DNA of 64,000 bases from Octopus vulgaris (taxonomy: Eukaryota). Shown here one piece after another: positions 25,472 through 39,695 of the stretch (the first letter of the stretch is position 1; every line of letters begins with the position of its first letter). A model generated the notes under the pieces. That model ran no database searches and had not been told where the DNA came from. It worked only from the letters and a program-made list of their open reading frames with translations. The stretch spans positions 58,962,001-59,026,000 of the forward strand of contig OX597833.1 in assembly GCA_951406725.2 (NCBI GenBank), in the 5' to 3' direction. The position numbers and the translations under genes were made by a program.

Positions 25472-25516
<45 letters not shown>

Positions 25517-25641
25517 TACACATGCATGTCAATATCTATAACATGTATACACATATATATATATATAGATATATACATGCAAACATATGTATATGTGTAT
25601 ATCTACATACATATATATATATATACATATATGTTTGCATG

Positions 25642-25687
<46 letters not shown>

Positions 25688-25791
25688 TATACACATATAT
25701 GTTTGCATGTATATATATATACATACATATATATATATATACACATATATGTTTGCATGTATATATATATACACACATATATATATATACA

Positions 25792-26131
25792 TGGAGGCGC
25801 ATGGCTCAGTGGTTAGAGCGTCGAGCTTACGATCGTGAGGTTGTGAGCTCGAATCCCGGACCGGGCTGCGTGTTGTGTTCTTGAGCAAGACACTTTATTT
25901 CACGTTGCCCCAGTTCACTCAGCTGTAGAAATGAGTTGCGACGTCACAGGTGCCAAGCTGTATCGACCTTTGCCTTTCCCTTGGATAACACTGGTGGCAT
26001 TGAGAGGGGAGGCCGGTATGCATGGGCGACTACTGGTCTTCCATAAAACAACCTTGCCCAGACTTGTGCCTCAGAGGGTAACTCTCTAGGTGCAAACCCA
26101 TGGTCACTCATGACCGAAGGGGGTCTTTACC
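25792..26131 (+). mobile_element. SINE family C, full length
   Basis: tRNA-like head GGCGCATGGCTCAGTGGTTAGAGC...TTACGAT (ACG, Arg-like)...GAGCTCGAATCC; 3' hairpin GGTCA-ctca-TGACC, then GGGGGTCTTTACC. Confidence 0.88.
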
Positions 26132-26169
26132 TTTTATATATATACATATATATACACATATATGTTTGC

Positions 26170-26200
<31 letters not shown>

Positions 26201-26220
26201 TATATACACATATATGTTTG

Positions 26221-26268
<48 letters not shown>

Positions 26269-27237
26269 GCATGTATTTCCAATATCTATACTCATATATC
26301 TAACTGTAATACATACTAAATTGAGGTTTACTAATCAGATGGATCTCTCAATGGGTGATTATCTCCCCTGATTATACCTATATACGTGTGTTCAGTAATA
26401 ACTTGTGTGCCTGGTATGACAACCATTGTCCTTCGCGAATTACTAGTAGATACGTGGTTTGATTCTAATTCCTACTCCTGGTTCGTCAGTTTCTCACGAG
26501 TTTCTCTTATTGGTTCTCTAAACTGCTCCCTTCAACTAACCCCCTTTTAGTACTATTAATATTAATATCCTTCTGTGTTAATCATCCTCAAAATCTCTCT
26601 AATCTCTCCCTCTCTTTACTACTTCAGTTATCTTTCTAAACACACTTTTTCATCTCTCCTATTATTTTATTCCGCACATAATCTAACTATGGCGAAATCA
26701 CGTTACTTTAATCAGATATTGAATTAACATAGATTTGTTGACCCTAGAGATGACTTTTACAGGCCGAATCTTATCAAACATCCAACACAAGATGAAAATT
26801 GAAATACGTTGCGGGAGATTTCAAAATGGCGGCTGAGAAAGTTTCCATCAATATACGCTCTGGGTTGTTTGATTACGTAATACTTGGAGCTAACCAGATT
26901 TCGTAAACTGCTTCTCTTTCTGCGAATATGCGTCTGTTTCTATGAAAATGTATGACTTTATAGATTTATCTCTATATGTGTGAGCTTGTATTGTGTGTGC
27001 AAATACTGAAGCTATACATGTCTGTCCTCTGTTCGTGCATAAACATATGCTAGCGTTTGTGCGTGTGTGTGTATTTGTGTGAGTAAGTGCGCGTATTATC
27101 TGTGTGTACAGCTGTGTACAGTAACATAATTGTGTTCGCATGCCTTTGACATCTTAGTAAGTTTGTAAAGCGTTGCTGGACGGTTTGTGCATGTGTGCAT
27201 AAACACACACAAGACAGACGGACTTGGAGACAAACAA

Positions 27238-27276
<39 letters not shown>

Positions 27277-27393
27277 TATGAAAGAGAAATGCATCATTGT
27301 GTGTTTTTCATTCGTTAGGATGAATGAACTAGGACAGACTTTGAAGCTCTCATCATCTCGACGTGGTGTGAACATATGCACATACATACAGAT

Positions 27394-27429
<36 letters not shown>

Positions 27430-27430
<1 letters not shown>

Positions 27431-27711
27431 CTCTTTTACTTGTTTCAGTCATTTGACTGCGGCCATGCTGGAGCACCGCCTTTAATCGAGTAACTCGACC
27501 CCGGGACTTATTCTTTTGTAAGCTCAGTACTTATTCTATCGGTCTCTTTTGCCGAACCGCTAAGTAACGGGGACATAAACACACCAGCATCGGTTGTCAA
27601 GCGATGTTGGCTATAGCAGAAGACACTTGCCCAAGATGCCACGCAGTGGGACTGAACCCGGAACCATGTGGTTGGTTAGCAAGCTACTTACCACACAGCC
27701 ACTCCTGCGCC
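27430..27711 (-). mobile_element. SINE family A (internal deletion)
   Basis: Tail and head joined at gatgttgg|ctatagc, with the microsatellite segment missing. Confidence 0.85.
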
Positions 27712-27843
27712 TATATATATATATATATATATATATATAGATATAGATATAAAGGGAAAGTTTACGAAAATAAGCAAAAGACGAAGGCAGGTGGAGTACA
27801 AACAAACAAATGTATTAGTATGGCGCTGAGGAATAGAAAAAGC

Positions 27844-27879
27844 CTTTTATGTTTTGAGCCTATGCTCTTCGACAGAAAG
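27844..27879 (-). ncRNA. Degenerate hammerhead-like motif in a probable PLE-derived repeat
   Basis: Minus strand CTTT-CTGTCGA-A-GAGC-atag-GCTC-AAAAC-AT-A-AAAG: stems I and II pair, but core positions are altered. Confidence 0.4.
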
Positions 27880-28189
27880 GGATACTGGAAAAAACAAGGA
27901 GAGAAACAAAGAGAGAAAAAAATGCGTGTAGTAGCTAACGATCTATCTTATTTGTTTCAGTCATTAGACTGCGTCTATGCTGGGGCATCATCTTGAATTT
28001 TAGCCGGACGAGTCGACCCCCAGTACTTATTTTATCGCTGTCTTTTGCTGAACCGCTAAGTTACGGGGAGGTAAACACACAAACACTGGTTATCAAGCGG
28101 TGGTAGGGCAAAACACAGACACAAAATCACACACACAGACATATATATATATATACATACATACATCCACACACACACACACACACATA

Positions 28190-28258
28190 TATATATTAGA
28201 GAGCTTGATAGATAGACAGAGAGACACACATCTATTAGAGAGCTTGACAGACAGACAG

Positions 28259-28294
<36 letters not shown>

Positions 28295-28363
28295 TAGAGA
28301 GCTTGATAGATAGACAGACAGACACACACACACATCTATTAGAGAGCTTGACACGCACGCACG

Positions 28364-28414
<51 letters not shown>

Positions 28415-28485
28415 TAGAGAGCTTGATAGATAGACAGACAGACACACACACACATCTATTAGAGAGCTTGACAGACACACACACA

Positions 28486-28520
<35 letters not shown>
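28190..28520. repeat. Minisatellite with ATTAGAGAGCTTGA anchors
   Basis: Six ATTAGAGAGCTTGA motifs separated by GATA/GACA/CA repeats. Confidence 0.85.
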
Positions 28521-28535
<15 letters not shown>

Positions 28536-29589
28536 CGGGGAAATGTTTATTACAGAAAACCATCAAGAAAATTTCTTACAGAAATACGTGCGTGTGTGTG
28601 TGTATATATATACAATCACAAGTGTGTATATATAGTTACATATACACTCATGTACATGCACATGTGTATATATGGTTGCATACACACACACACAGATGCG
28701 TACACATGTACAAACACACAGTCGGTGTTCTCAAGTGTTTTCTTGACTTCTCAAATTAAAATCAATAAAACAGTAAGGTTACAATATGGCGGAATATATT
28801 TAGATCTCCCTCACCAAGTCTTTTCCCCACTCCTCATTTGTGTGTATGAGTGTGTATACACACACGCACATATATATACATACACACACACATATATATA
28901 CATACATACATATATACATACACACACACGCATATATATATACATACACACACACACACATATATATATATATACATACACACACACATATATATACATA
29001 CATACATATATACATACACACACACACATATATATACATACACACATATATATACATACACACATATATATACATACACACATATATATATATATATATA
29101 TACATACTCACACACACAAATATATATATACATACACACACACAAATATATATATATACATACACACACACACAAATATATATATATACATACACACATA
29201 TATATATATATATATGTATACATACACACACACACATATATATATATATACATACACACACACACAAATATATATATATACATACACATATATATATATA
29301 TATATGTATACATACACACACACACACATATATATATATACATACACACACATATATATATACATACACACACACACATATATATACATACACACACACA
29401 CATATATATATACATACACACACACACACATATATATATATACACACATACATACACACACACACATATATATATATGATGTATGTACGTAATCTTGTAA
29501 TTTAAAAAAAAACACTTCACACAAACCACATCTGAACTTACAAAAAATCATACTATTCTCTTACGTCTTAGAACTAATAATAGGTTTGT

Positions 29590-30030
29590 TTTCAAATTTT
29601 GGCACAAGTCAGCAAATTTAGGGAAGTGGTTAAGTCGATTACATCGGACCCAATCCTCAGTTGGCACTTATTCTATCGACCTCGAAAGAATGAAATGCAA
29701 AGTCGACCCCTGCGGAATTTGAACTCACAACTCACAACGTGAACAAAGACAAAATGCCGCTAAGCATTTTGCCCGACGTGCAACTGGTTCCCTCGTCGCC
29801 TTAATGATAATAACGGCTTGAAATTTTGCCACATGGGCAACAATTTTGCTGAAGAGGATGAGTCGATTACATCAATTCCAGCGTTCAACTGGTACTGTTT
29901 ATCGAAGAGGGTGAAAGGTAAAGTCGACCTCGGCGGAATTTGAACTCAGAACGTAAAGATTGACGAAATCTTTACGGCGGCTAATCATTTGACCCGGCAT
30001 GCTAACGACTCTGCCAGCTCACCTCCTTAA
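29590..30030 (-). mobile_element. SINE family B dimer (older, alternative tail)
   Basis: Two diverged GTCGATTACATC...AAAGTCGACC...GGAATTTGAACTC units. Confidence 0.8.
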
Positions 30031-30363
30031 TAATGATAATGAATGATGATTTCTTTTCATTGGCTACAAGGGCCCAGCATATTGAAGATTATTCAAGGAT
30101 GGAAAGCAAACGCTCAAAACGAATGTGTGAGGGTGCATCGAGTAAAAATAGATAAACAAAACAAGATTATAACAACAACGTCTAACAAGAACAATAATTC
30201 GCTAGTAGAGAAGAAAAACCTTCCCGAGTAATTTTAAGGGAAACCCCCCACGGAAATGCTTGGGTTTCTCTGTCACATCCAAGTGCCCCACCTCCTCGTT
30301 TCTTTATTCCTGATTAGAAAGCCATATACAGTGTCGGCACGGTCAGCTTTACCGATCTCATTG

Positions 30364-30903
30364 CAAATCTTGCTAGAAGGGCAGCAATTTTTAGGGAGGA
30401 GATGAGTCGATTACATCGGGCCCCAAATCTTGCTAGAAGGGCAGCAATTTTGAGGGAGGAGATGAGTCGATTACATCGGGCCCCAAATCTTGCTAGAAGG
30501 CCAGAAATTTTTAGGGAGGAGATGAGTCGATTACATCGGGCCCCAAATCTTGCTAGAAGGGCAGCAATTTTTAGGGAGGAGATGAGCCGATTACATCGGG
30601 CCCCAAATCTTGCTAGAAGGGCAGCAATTTTTAGGGAGGAGATGAGTCGATTACATCGGGCCCCAAATCTTGCTAGAAGGGCAGCAATTTTTAGGGAGGG
30701 GATGAATCGATTACATCGGACCCCAAATCTTGCTAGAAGGGCAGCAATTTTTAGGGAGGAGATGAGTCGATTACATCGGGCCCCAAATCTTGCAAGAAGG
30801 GCAGCAATTTTTAGGGAGCAGATGAGTCGATTACATTGGGCCCCAAATCTTGCTAGAAGGGCAGCAATTTTTAGGGAGGAGATGAGTCGATTACATCGAC
30901 CCC
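30364..30903. repeat. 60-bp tandem array x9 derived from the SINE B 3' end
   Basis: Unit CAAATCTTGCTAGAAGGGCAGCAATTTTTAGGGAGGAGATGAGTCGATTACATCGGGCCC; the last unit runs into a SINE B body (30900-30985). Confidence 0.92.
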
Positions 30904-31381
30904 AGTATTCAACTGGTACTTGTTTTATCAACTCCGAAAAGATAAAAGGTAAAGTCGACCTCTGCGGAATAAGTCGACCTCGGCAGAATAGCAACAATAA
31001 CATTAATAATATACACATGTACATCATACATATTTATACACATGCATACATGTATCTATTTAAATAACTATATATACAGGCATATTCACGTATGCGTTTG
31101 TGCGCATGCGTGTGTATGAGTGCGTGTGTGTTTGTAATTAGTCTCATTATTTCTCCTCCCCGTCTCTTTAAGTCCCCCTCCTCGTAACTCTGTAGCGCAA
31201 TTATCCTCCTCTCCACTGAATATTTCCCTATTTCCGTTCTCATCGGAACACAACCCTCTCTCCCCGGCTACGAGCAATTGTTATTTTCTAAGACATCAAT
31301 ATATTATTCAATCACAGACTCACTTTCCATCTCAAATATCCCACATCCATCATATAGGACGAACCACTATACTCTCTGTTT

Positions 31382-31764
31382 TACTCTTTTACTTATTTCA
31401 GTCATTACACTGCGGCCATGCTGGAGCACCGCCTTTAATCGAGCAACTCGACCCCGGGACTTACTCTTTATAAGCCCAGTACTTATTCTATCGGTCTCTT
31501 TCGCCGAACCGCTATGTAACGGGGACATAAACACACCGGCATCGGTTGTCAAGCAATGCTAGGGGGACAAACACACACACACATACACATATATATATAT
31601 ACGACGGTCTTCTTTTAGTTTCCGTCTACCAAATCCACTCACAAGGCTTTGGTCGGCCCGAGGCTATAGTAGAAGACACTTGCCCAAGGTGCCACGCAGT
31701 GGGACTGAACCCGGAACCATGTGGTTGGTAAACAAGCTACTTACCACACAGCCACTCCTGCGCC
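31382..31764 (-). mobile_element. SINE family A
   Basis: Full layout. Confidence 0.9.
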
Positions 31765-32053
31765 TATATAGATATCCTGCGTCTAGATATAAGTAGAAGA
31801 TTTTAGTTTCTCTCATTGCCAACGGTGCAACATGAATGCCTTTTGAGACTGAAGTGAAGTTCTTACATCGTACTACGACTCAAAATTTTCTTTATACCTG
31901 AGAAAATGGAAATATTGTAACCCGACATTCACGAAAATAGGACACAGACTTGAACGAAGCCTTGTACTTCAGTGTGTCTCTCTCTCTCTCTCTTTCTTCC
32001 ACTACTGTACAATATTACCTCTCTTCAGTAATATGCTCTGTCTGTCTATTTTC

Positions 32054-32127
<74 letters not shown>

Positions 32128-32129
32128 GT

Positions 32130-32527
32130 AGGTGCAAGAGTGGTTGTGTGGTAAGTAGCTTGCTTACCAACCACATGGTCCTAGGTTCAGTTCCACTGTG
32201 TGTCATCTTGGGCAAGTGTCTTCTACTATAGCCTCGGGCCGACCAAAGCCTTGTGAGTGGATTTGGTAGACGGAAACTGAAAGAAGCCCGTCGTATATAT
32301 GTATATATATATATGTGTGTGTGTGTGTGTCTGTGTTTCTCCCCCCCACCCACATCGCTTGACAACCGATGCTGGTGTGTTTACGCCCCCGTCACTTAGC
32401 GATTCGGTAAAAGACACCGATAGAATAAGTACTAGGCTTACGAAGAATAAGTCCTGGGGTTGATTTGCTCGACTAAAGGAGGTGCTCCAGCATGGCCGCA
32501 GTCAAATGACTGAAACAAATAAAAGAA
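32130..32527 (+). mobile_element. SINE family A inside a (TATC)n tract
   Basis: Full layout. Confidence 0.9.
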
Positions 32528-32553
32528 TCTATCTTATCTAACTATCTAATATA

Positions 32554-32596
<43 letters not shown>

Positions 32597-32944
32597 CTAA
32601 TCTAATCTGATATCTCTCTCTTCCAACACTGTACCATACTGTCTCTCTCTCTCTCTCTCTCCCTCTCTTACTCTCCCCTCTCGTCTCTTTCTCTTTCCTC
32701 CGCCTCTATTCTCTCAATCATCATTGTACCATTATACCTTTTTGCAGGGCCGGATTTTTAGACCCGGTGTGCTTCCCGGGGCCAATAGGCTTGGATGTTG
32801 GGGGCTTACTATTTTGCCTACGAAATTTTCAGCTGTTTAGATTTATATAATAGAAACTTGCAAATATAACATCGTAAATAATCTAAATACAAACATAATT
32901 TCATATCAATCATATTTTTTTCCTCAAAAATTTGTTTGCAATTT

Positions 32945-33124
32945 ACACACACACACACACATATATACACAACAGGCTTCTTTCACTTTCTCTCTGCCAA
33001 ATCCACTTGGTCGGTCCGAGGCTATTGCAGAAGACACTTGCCCAAGGTGTCATGCAGTAGGACTGAACCCGGAACCATATGGTTGGTAAGCAAGCTACTT
33101 ACCACATGGATGCCAGGTCTTTGG

Positions 33125-33189
<65 letters not shown>

Positions 33190-33550
33190 GAAGGCGCAGG
33201 CGTGGTTGTGTGGTAAGTAGCTTGCTTACCAACCACATGGTTCCGGGTTCAGTCCTACTGCGTGCCACCTTGGGAAAGTGTCTTCTGCAATAGCCTCGGA
33301 CCGACCAAGTGGATTTGGCAGAGAGAAAGTGAAAGAAGCCTGTTGTATATATGTGTGTGTGTGTGTAAATTTGTGTATGTGTTTGTTACCCACCATCGCT
33401 TGACAACCGATGTTGGTGTTTTTACGTCCCCGTAATTTACCGGTTCAACAAAATGAGGCCGATAAAATAAGTACTAGGCTTACAAAGAGTAAGTTCTGGG
33501 TTCGAGTAAAGGCGGTGCTCCAGCATGACTGAAACAAAAGGATAAAAGAA
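32945..33550. mobile_element. Head-to-head SINE A pair (32945-33107 minus; 33193-33550 plus)
   Basis: Both copies share the same internal deletion and private substitutions. Confidence 0.85.
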
Positions 33551-33774
33551 AACAGTACTGTTTCTACTTCGCGGATTTTCACCTATCGCGGGATGTTCTG
33601 GAACGTAACACCCGCGATAGTCCAGGGATTTCTGTTTATATATATATATACATATATATAAAATAAGAAAACGGAGGAATAGATTTCTTTCAATCATCAA
33701 CTTGGTACTTTACTGGCAGTATATTGGATAAATGATATCCCATAGTGGGTTACACTCATAACCCCTATCTCATT

Positions 33775-34790
<1,016 letters not shown>

Positions 34791-34794
34791 ACTA

Positions 34795-35120
34795 CCGGCA
34801 GGCCGTCGATTACGAAGGCCTGGGTTCCCAGTTGAACCAATCAAATGGGACACCCTGTTCGTGAAGTTAACGTGCAACTGCCTGGACATCCCCCAGATAC
34901 GTGTACTCTTAATGTAGCTCCCGGTGAGATACAGTGTGGCACGGAATATGACAAGGCTGGCCCCTTGGAACACGGATATTATTCATTTTTACCAGCTGGG
35001 TTGAGTGGGACAATGTAAAATGAAGAGTCTTACTCAAAGACACAACACGCTGACGATGATGGAACTTACGACCTCACGATCATGAGCAGAATACCTCAGC
35101 CACTAAGCCACGAGCCTTCG
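34795..35120 (-). mobile_element. SINE with C-type head and D-type 3' region (degenerate)
   Basis: Collinear with 10070-10392. Confidence 0.7.
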
Positions 35121-35380
35121 CTCATGCATATCTAATGCGCTTGGCTTAAATTGTCCTTTGGGGCTGGCCAGATCGGAGCAATCTCAAGATTAATCAGCCA
35201 AGATTAATCAGCCGGTTCTTGACTGAAGATTGAAGGCTTCGAATGTCCCGTCCGTGTTTTTTGTATCGTCTTCTAAACGTTTTGCGTTCTTGTCCCAGTT
35301 TGTATTTTTTTACATATATATATATACATACATCGTATATTCACAGATGTACGTACGTGAACAGTATAACTATTTGTGTG

Positions 35381-35547
35381 CGCGCAGGAGTGGCTGTGTG
35401 GTAAGTAGCTTGCTTACCAATCACATGGTTCCGGGTTCAGTCCCGCTGCGTGGCACCTTGGGCAAGTGTCTTCTACTATAGCCTCAGGCCAACCAAAGGC
35501 GGTGCTCCAGCATGGCCACAGTCAAATGACTGAAACAAGTAAAAGAG
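35381..35547 (+). mobile_element. SINE family A, head fused directly to tail
   Basis: Junction ...ACCAAAG|GCGGTGCTCC, a deletion at an AAAG microhomology. Confidence 0.85.
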
Positions 35548-35646
35548 CATATATATATATATACTCAAAATAAGCAACAAGAATGACTCCGGTAATTTGG
35601 TACAATTGTTTCGCACTACATCATTTTATTAAAAGTTGTATTACAC

Positions 35647-35677
<31 letters not shown>

Positions 35678-35711
35678 TATATATATACCATTCACATGTG
35701 TAATCATATCA

Positions 35712-35772
<61 letters not shown>

Positions 35773-36134
35773 AGTGAATGCGTGTAGCACAGTACATTCT
35801 GTTGACTGCCAGTCGTCGACGACTAAACCGGGTACCCTACGAAGCTCGCCTCATGAGAATTTTGGACACCTTGTAGAATGGAAAATAATACCTGCCAAAG
35901 ATTGAATAAACTCACGGGAGTCAACCGCCTTCTTATAGTGTGTGCATTTGTGTGCATTTAAACATGCACGTAAACGCACGCTGGATACTCTTATATGAAA
36001 TATGCAGTCCATGCTTTAATTTAGCCTAAGTTGGACGGCTTCAAACATTATGAGAAAGCGTGTGGCTTCATGTTCCACAAGTGATGGCCATTATCAGACT
36101 GAGTTGGATCTCGTGTAACAAGTGATGGTCATTT

Positions 36135-36166
36135 AGAGGAAAAGGAAGAAAGGAAGAAGGAGAGAG

Positions 36167-36205
<39 letters not shown>

Positions 36206-36206
36206 G

Positions 36207-36237
<31 letters not shown>

Positions 36238-36545
36238 AAGAGAGAGAGAAAGAGAGAAAGAAAGAAAGAAAGAAAGAAAGAAAGGAAGAATGAGAGAGAG
36301 AAAGAAAGAGAGAGAGAGAACGAGAAAGAAAGTGAAAGAGAGAGAGAGAGAGAGGGAAGAAAGAAAAAGAAAGAGAGAGAAAGAGAGAGAGAAAGAGAGA
36401 AAGAAAGAGAGAAAGGAAGAAAGAAAAGAAAAGAAAAGAAAAGAAAAGTAAAGAAAAGAAAAGCAAAGAAAAGAAAGAAAAGAAAAGTAAAGAAAAGAAA
36501 AGTAAAGAAAAGAAAGAAAAGAAAGGACAGGAAAGAAGAAAAGGG
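36135..36545. repeat. (GA)n/(GAAA)n purine tract
   Basis: Direct reading. Confidence 0.92.
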
Positions 36546-36909
36546 CGATTATTATATCAGAATCGTGTTTCATGTAACACAGGGGTTGGTCGCTATAGAA
36601 TTTTATGTCTTCCTACCTGTTGCCCCATTTTTTTCCCTAAGTAAGTAAAGACCGGAAATTCTTAAAGCCACAATCAGCCGTTGGATTTTTTCGTTGTGGT
36701 GGTCAGCAAAAGTTGACATAACCCTTTTGTTTTTATTAAACTGACATAAGTCGTTCAAGTTGCGTATGTGAATACATCAGCTCTTCCGTAATACAAAAGT
36801 ACTGCTCAGTCTCCACCACAAAAGATACACTTGTGTCATCATTAAACCCAATTCACGAATGTTATTTGAAAACCTCTACGTCTTTAATCTACCTGTTTCT
36901 TCACTTTTG

Positions 36910-37292
36910 TGGAGGCGCAATGGCCCAGTGGTTAGGGCAGCGGACTCGCGGTCATAGGATCGCGGTTTCGATTCCCAGACTGGGCGTTGTGAGTGTTTAT
37001 TGAGCGAAAACACCTAAAAGCTCCACGAGGCTCCGGCAGGGGATGGTGGTGATCCCTGCTGTACTCTTTCACCACAACTTTCTCTCACTCTTACTTCCTG
37101 TTTCTGTTGTACCTGTATTTCAAAGGGCCGGCCTTGTCACTCTCTGTGTCACGCTGAATATCCCCGAGAACTACGTTAAGGGTACACGTGTCTGTGGAGT
37201 GCTCAGCCACTTACACGTTAATTTCACGAGCAGGCTGTTCCGTTGATTCGGATCAACCGTAACCCTCGTCGTCGTAACCGACGGAGTGCTTC
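36910..37292 (+). mobile_element. SINE family D (tRNA-like head)
   Basis: GGCGCAATGGCCCAGTGGTTAGGGC...GGTTTCGATTCCC head; 3' end CCCTCGTCGTCGTAACCGACGGAGTGC. Confidence 0.82.
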
Positions 37293-37331
37293 CTTCCCTC
37301 TTCACTTATATTTTGTCTATCATCAAATCGT

Positions 37332-37485
37332 TTATCCCTCAAAACTGTGTCTCATTAGGCCGGACAAAAAGAAGTCGAAAGATGCCAAGTCTAGGCTGTT
37401 TGGTCGATGGGAGACGCTGACCAGTTCGATTCGCTGATTGCATGATTTCTTGCCAAAGATGCGTGTGGATGCGTATTCTTGTAGG
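37332..37485 (-). pseudogene. Decayed mariner-type transposase fragment
   Basis: HRPNSLDLASFDFFL resembles the mariner HPPYSPDLAPSDFFLF motif. Confidence 0.5.
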
Positions 37486-37491
37486 GGAATA

Positions 37492-38258
37492 GGCGGCGAG
37501 CCGGTAGAATCGTTAGCACGCCGGGCGAAATGCGCAGCCGTATTTCGTCTGCCGTTACGTTCTGAGTTCAAATTCCGCTAAGGTCGACTTTGCCTTTCAC
37601 CCTTTCGGAGTCGATAAATTAAGTACCAGTTACGCATAGGGGTCGATATAATCGACTTAAACCGTTTGTCTGCTCTTGTTTGTGCCCTCTGTGTTTATCC
37701 CCTTGTGGGCAATAAAGAAATATATATATATATATATGCTGAAAATTTACATATTTTTAAGGCGGTGAACTGGCAGAATCGTTAGCACGCCGGGAGAAAT
37801 GCGTAGCCGTATTTCGTCTGCCGTTACGTTCTGAGTTCAAATTCCGCTAAGGTCGACTTTGCCTTTCACCCTTTCGGAGTCGATAAATTAAGTACCAGTT
37901 ACGCATAGGGGTCGATATAATCGACTTAAACCGTTTGTCTGTCCTTGTTTGTGCCCTCTGTGTTTATCCCCTTGTGGGCAATAAAGAAATATATATATAT
38001 ATATGCTGAAAATTTACATATTTTTAAGGCGGTGAGCTGGCAGAATCGTTAGCACGCCGGGAGAAATGCGTAGCCGTATTTCGTCTGCCGTTACGTTCTG
38101 AGTTCAAATTCCGCCGAGGTTGACTTTGCCTTTCATCCTTTCGGGGCCGGTAAATTAAGTACTAGTTACGCACTGGGGTCCATATAATCGACTTAAACCG
38201 TTTGTCTGTCCTTGTTTGTCCTCTCTGTGTTTAGCCCCTTGTGGGTAGTAAAGAAATT
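37492..38258 (+). mobile_element. SINE family B tandem trimer
   Basis: Three near-identical units with the linker (AT)nGCTGAAAATTTACATATTTTTAA, flanked by a CGTATTCTTGT duplication. Confidence 0.9.
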
Positions 38259-38427
38259 CGTATTCTTGTGGGAAATGTGGTTCGTTTTCAGGACAGGAAA
38301 ACGAGTTACTCTATTAGCATATGCAATTTGGACGACCTATGTCTGATAATAAAAAGTTATGCGTTCTCTTGCCTTGCTTTTTGTGCAACATTTGCATCAG
38401 TTACAAATTGTGAATAATACCCAGATG

Positions 38428-38595
38428 ACGTTCTGAGTTCAAATTCCGCCGAGATCGTCTTTGTCTTTCATCCTTTCTGGGTCGATAAATTAAGTACCGG
38501 CTACGCACTGGGGTCGATATAATCTACTTAATCCCTTTATCTGTCCTTGTTTGTCCCCTATATGTTTAGCCCCTTATGAGCAATAAAGAAATAAA
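38428..38595 (+). mobile_element. SINE family B, 5'-truncated
   Basis: acgttctgagttcaaattccgcc...caataaagaaata. Confidence 0.85.
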
Positions 38596-38794
38596 TAATA
38601 CCCATATGAAATTTAAGTCGAAAACAATTTATACACACCACAGTATCACTCGTCAATATGTAAATACCAAGAGAAATACTAAAGCAAGTTATCTTCCTAA
38701 GTAATATGTCAACCATTCCGCTTTTTTACTATCATAATAATCTTCTCGCGAACTGCTATTACAATAATAAATAAGGGAGTCTCTCTCTCTCTCT

Positions 38795-39191
38795 TTTACA
38801 CTTTTACTTGTTTCAGTCATTTGACTGCGGCCATGCTGGAGCACCGCCTTTAGTCAAGCAACTCGACCCCGGAACTTATTCTTTGTAAGCCCAGTACTTA
38901 TTCTATCGGTCTCTTTTGCCGAACCGCTAAGTGACGGCGACGTAAACACACCAGCATTGGTTGTCAAGCAATGCTAGGGGGACAAACACAGACACACAAA
39001 CATACACACATATATATATATATACACATTTATACGACGGTCTTCTTTCAGTTTCCATCTACCAAATCCACTCACAAGGCTTTGGTCGGCCCGAGGCTAT
39101 AGTAGAAGACACTTGCCCAAGGTGCCACGCAGTGGGACTGAACCCCGAACCATGTGGTTGTTAAACAAGCTACTTACCACACAGCCACTCT
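38795..39191 (-). mobile_element. SINE family A
   Basis: Full layout. Confidence 0.9.
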
Positions 39192-39647
39192 TGACTTAAT
39201 TCCAAATACTACGACCCCCTTCATATAACAGCCGTGTAAAACAAACCTTCCTTTAGCAGTAAATGAACAGATTAACGTTTTTAACCATCACCGTTACAGG
39301 TAAAACTGTAGATGCGAGAATTTTATAAAACCCAGCAACAATACTTAGCTACACGATGAGAGCAAAGAGATAAATGTGATATATCTCTCCTGAAAAAAAA
39401 AAACGAAAGCGGATTAAATGTTCCCACACGTCAGCATATAGAACAAACCCTCCAGGACATCGGGTGAAATTATCTCAGTTGGAAAAGGAAGAATTATGGC
39501 ACTTAACGATGCAGAGTAGGATGCTGAGTGAATTCCCAGACCTGGGTTGACTAAGTGAAAACAGCGGAAGAGAAAAAATTATGAAAATCAGCAGTACATA
39601 TACTAAAATTATGAAAATCAGCAGTACATATACTAAAATTATGAAAA

Positions 39648-39662
39648 TCGGCAGTACATATT

Positions 39663-39695
<33 letters not shown>

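Noticed and set aside
25792-25870. tRNA-Arg gene
   Set aside because: It lacks a proper acceptor stem and continues into a multi-copy SINE body, so it is a SINE head.
30314-31067. 237-aa and 221-aa repetitive ORFs on both strands
   Set aside because: They are the product of a stop-free 60-bp SINE-derived tandem unit.
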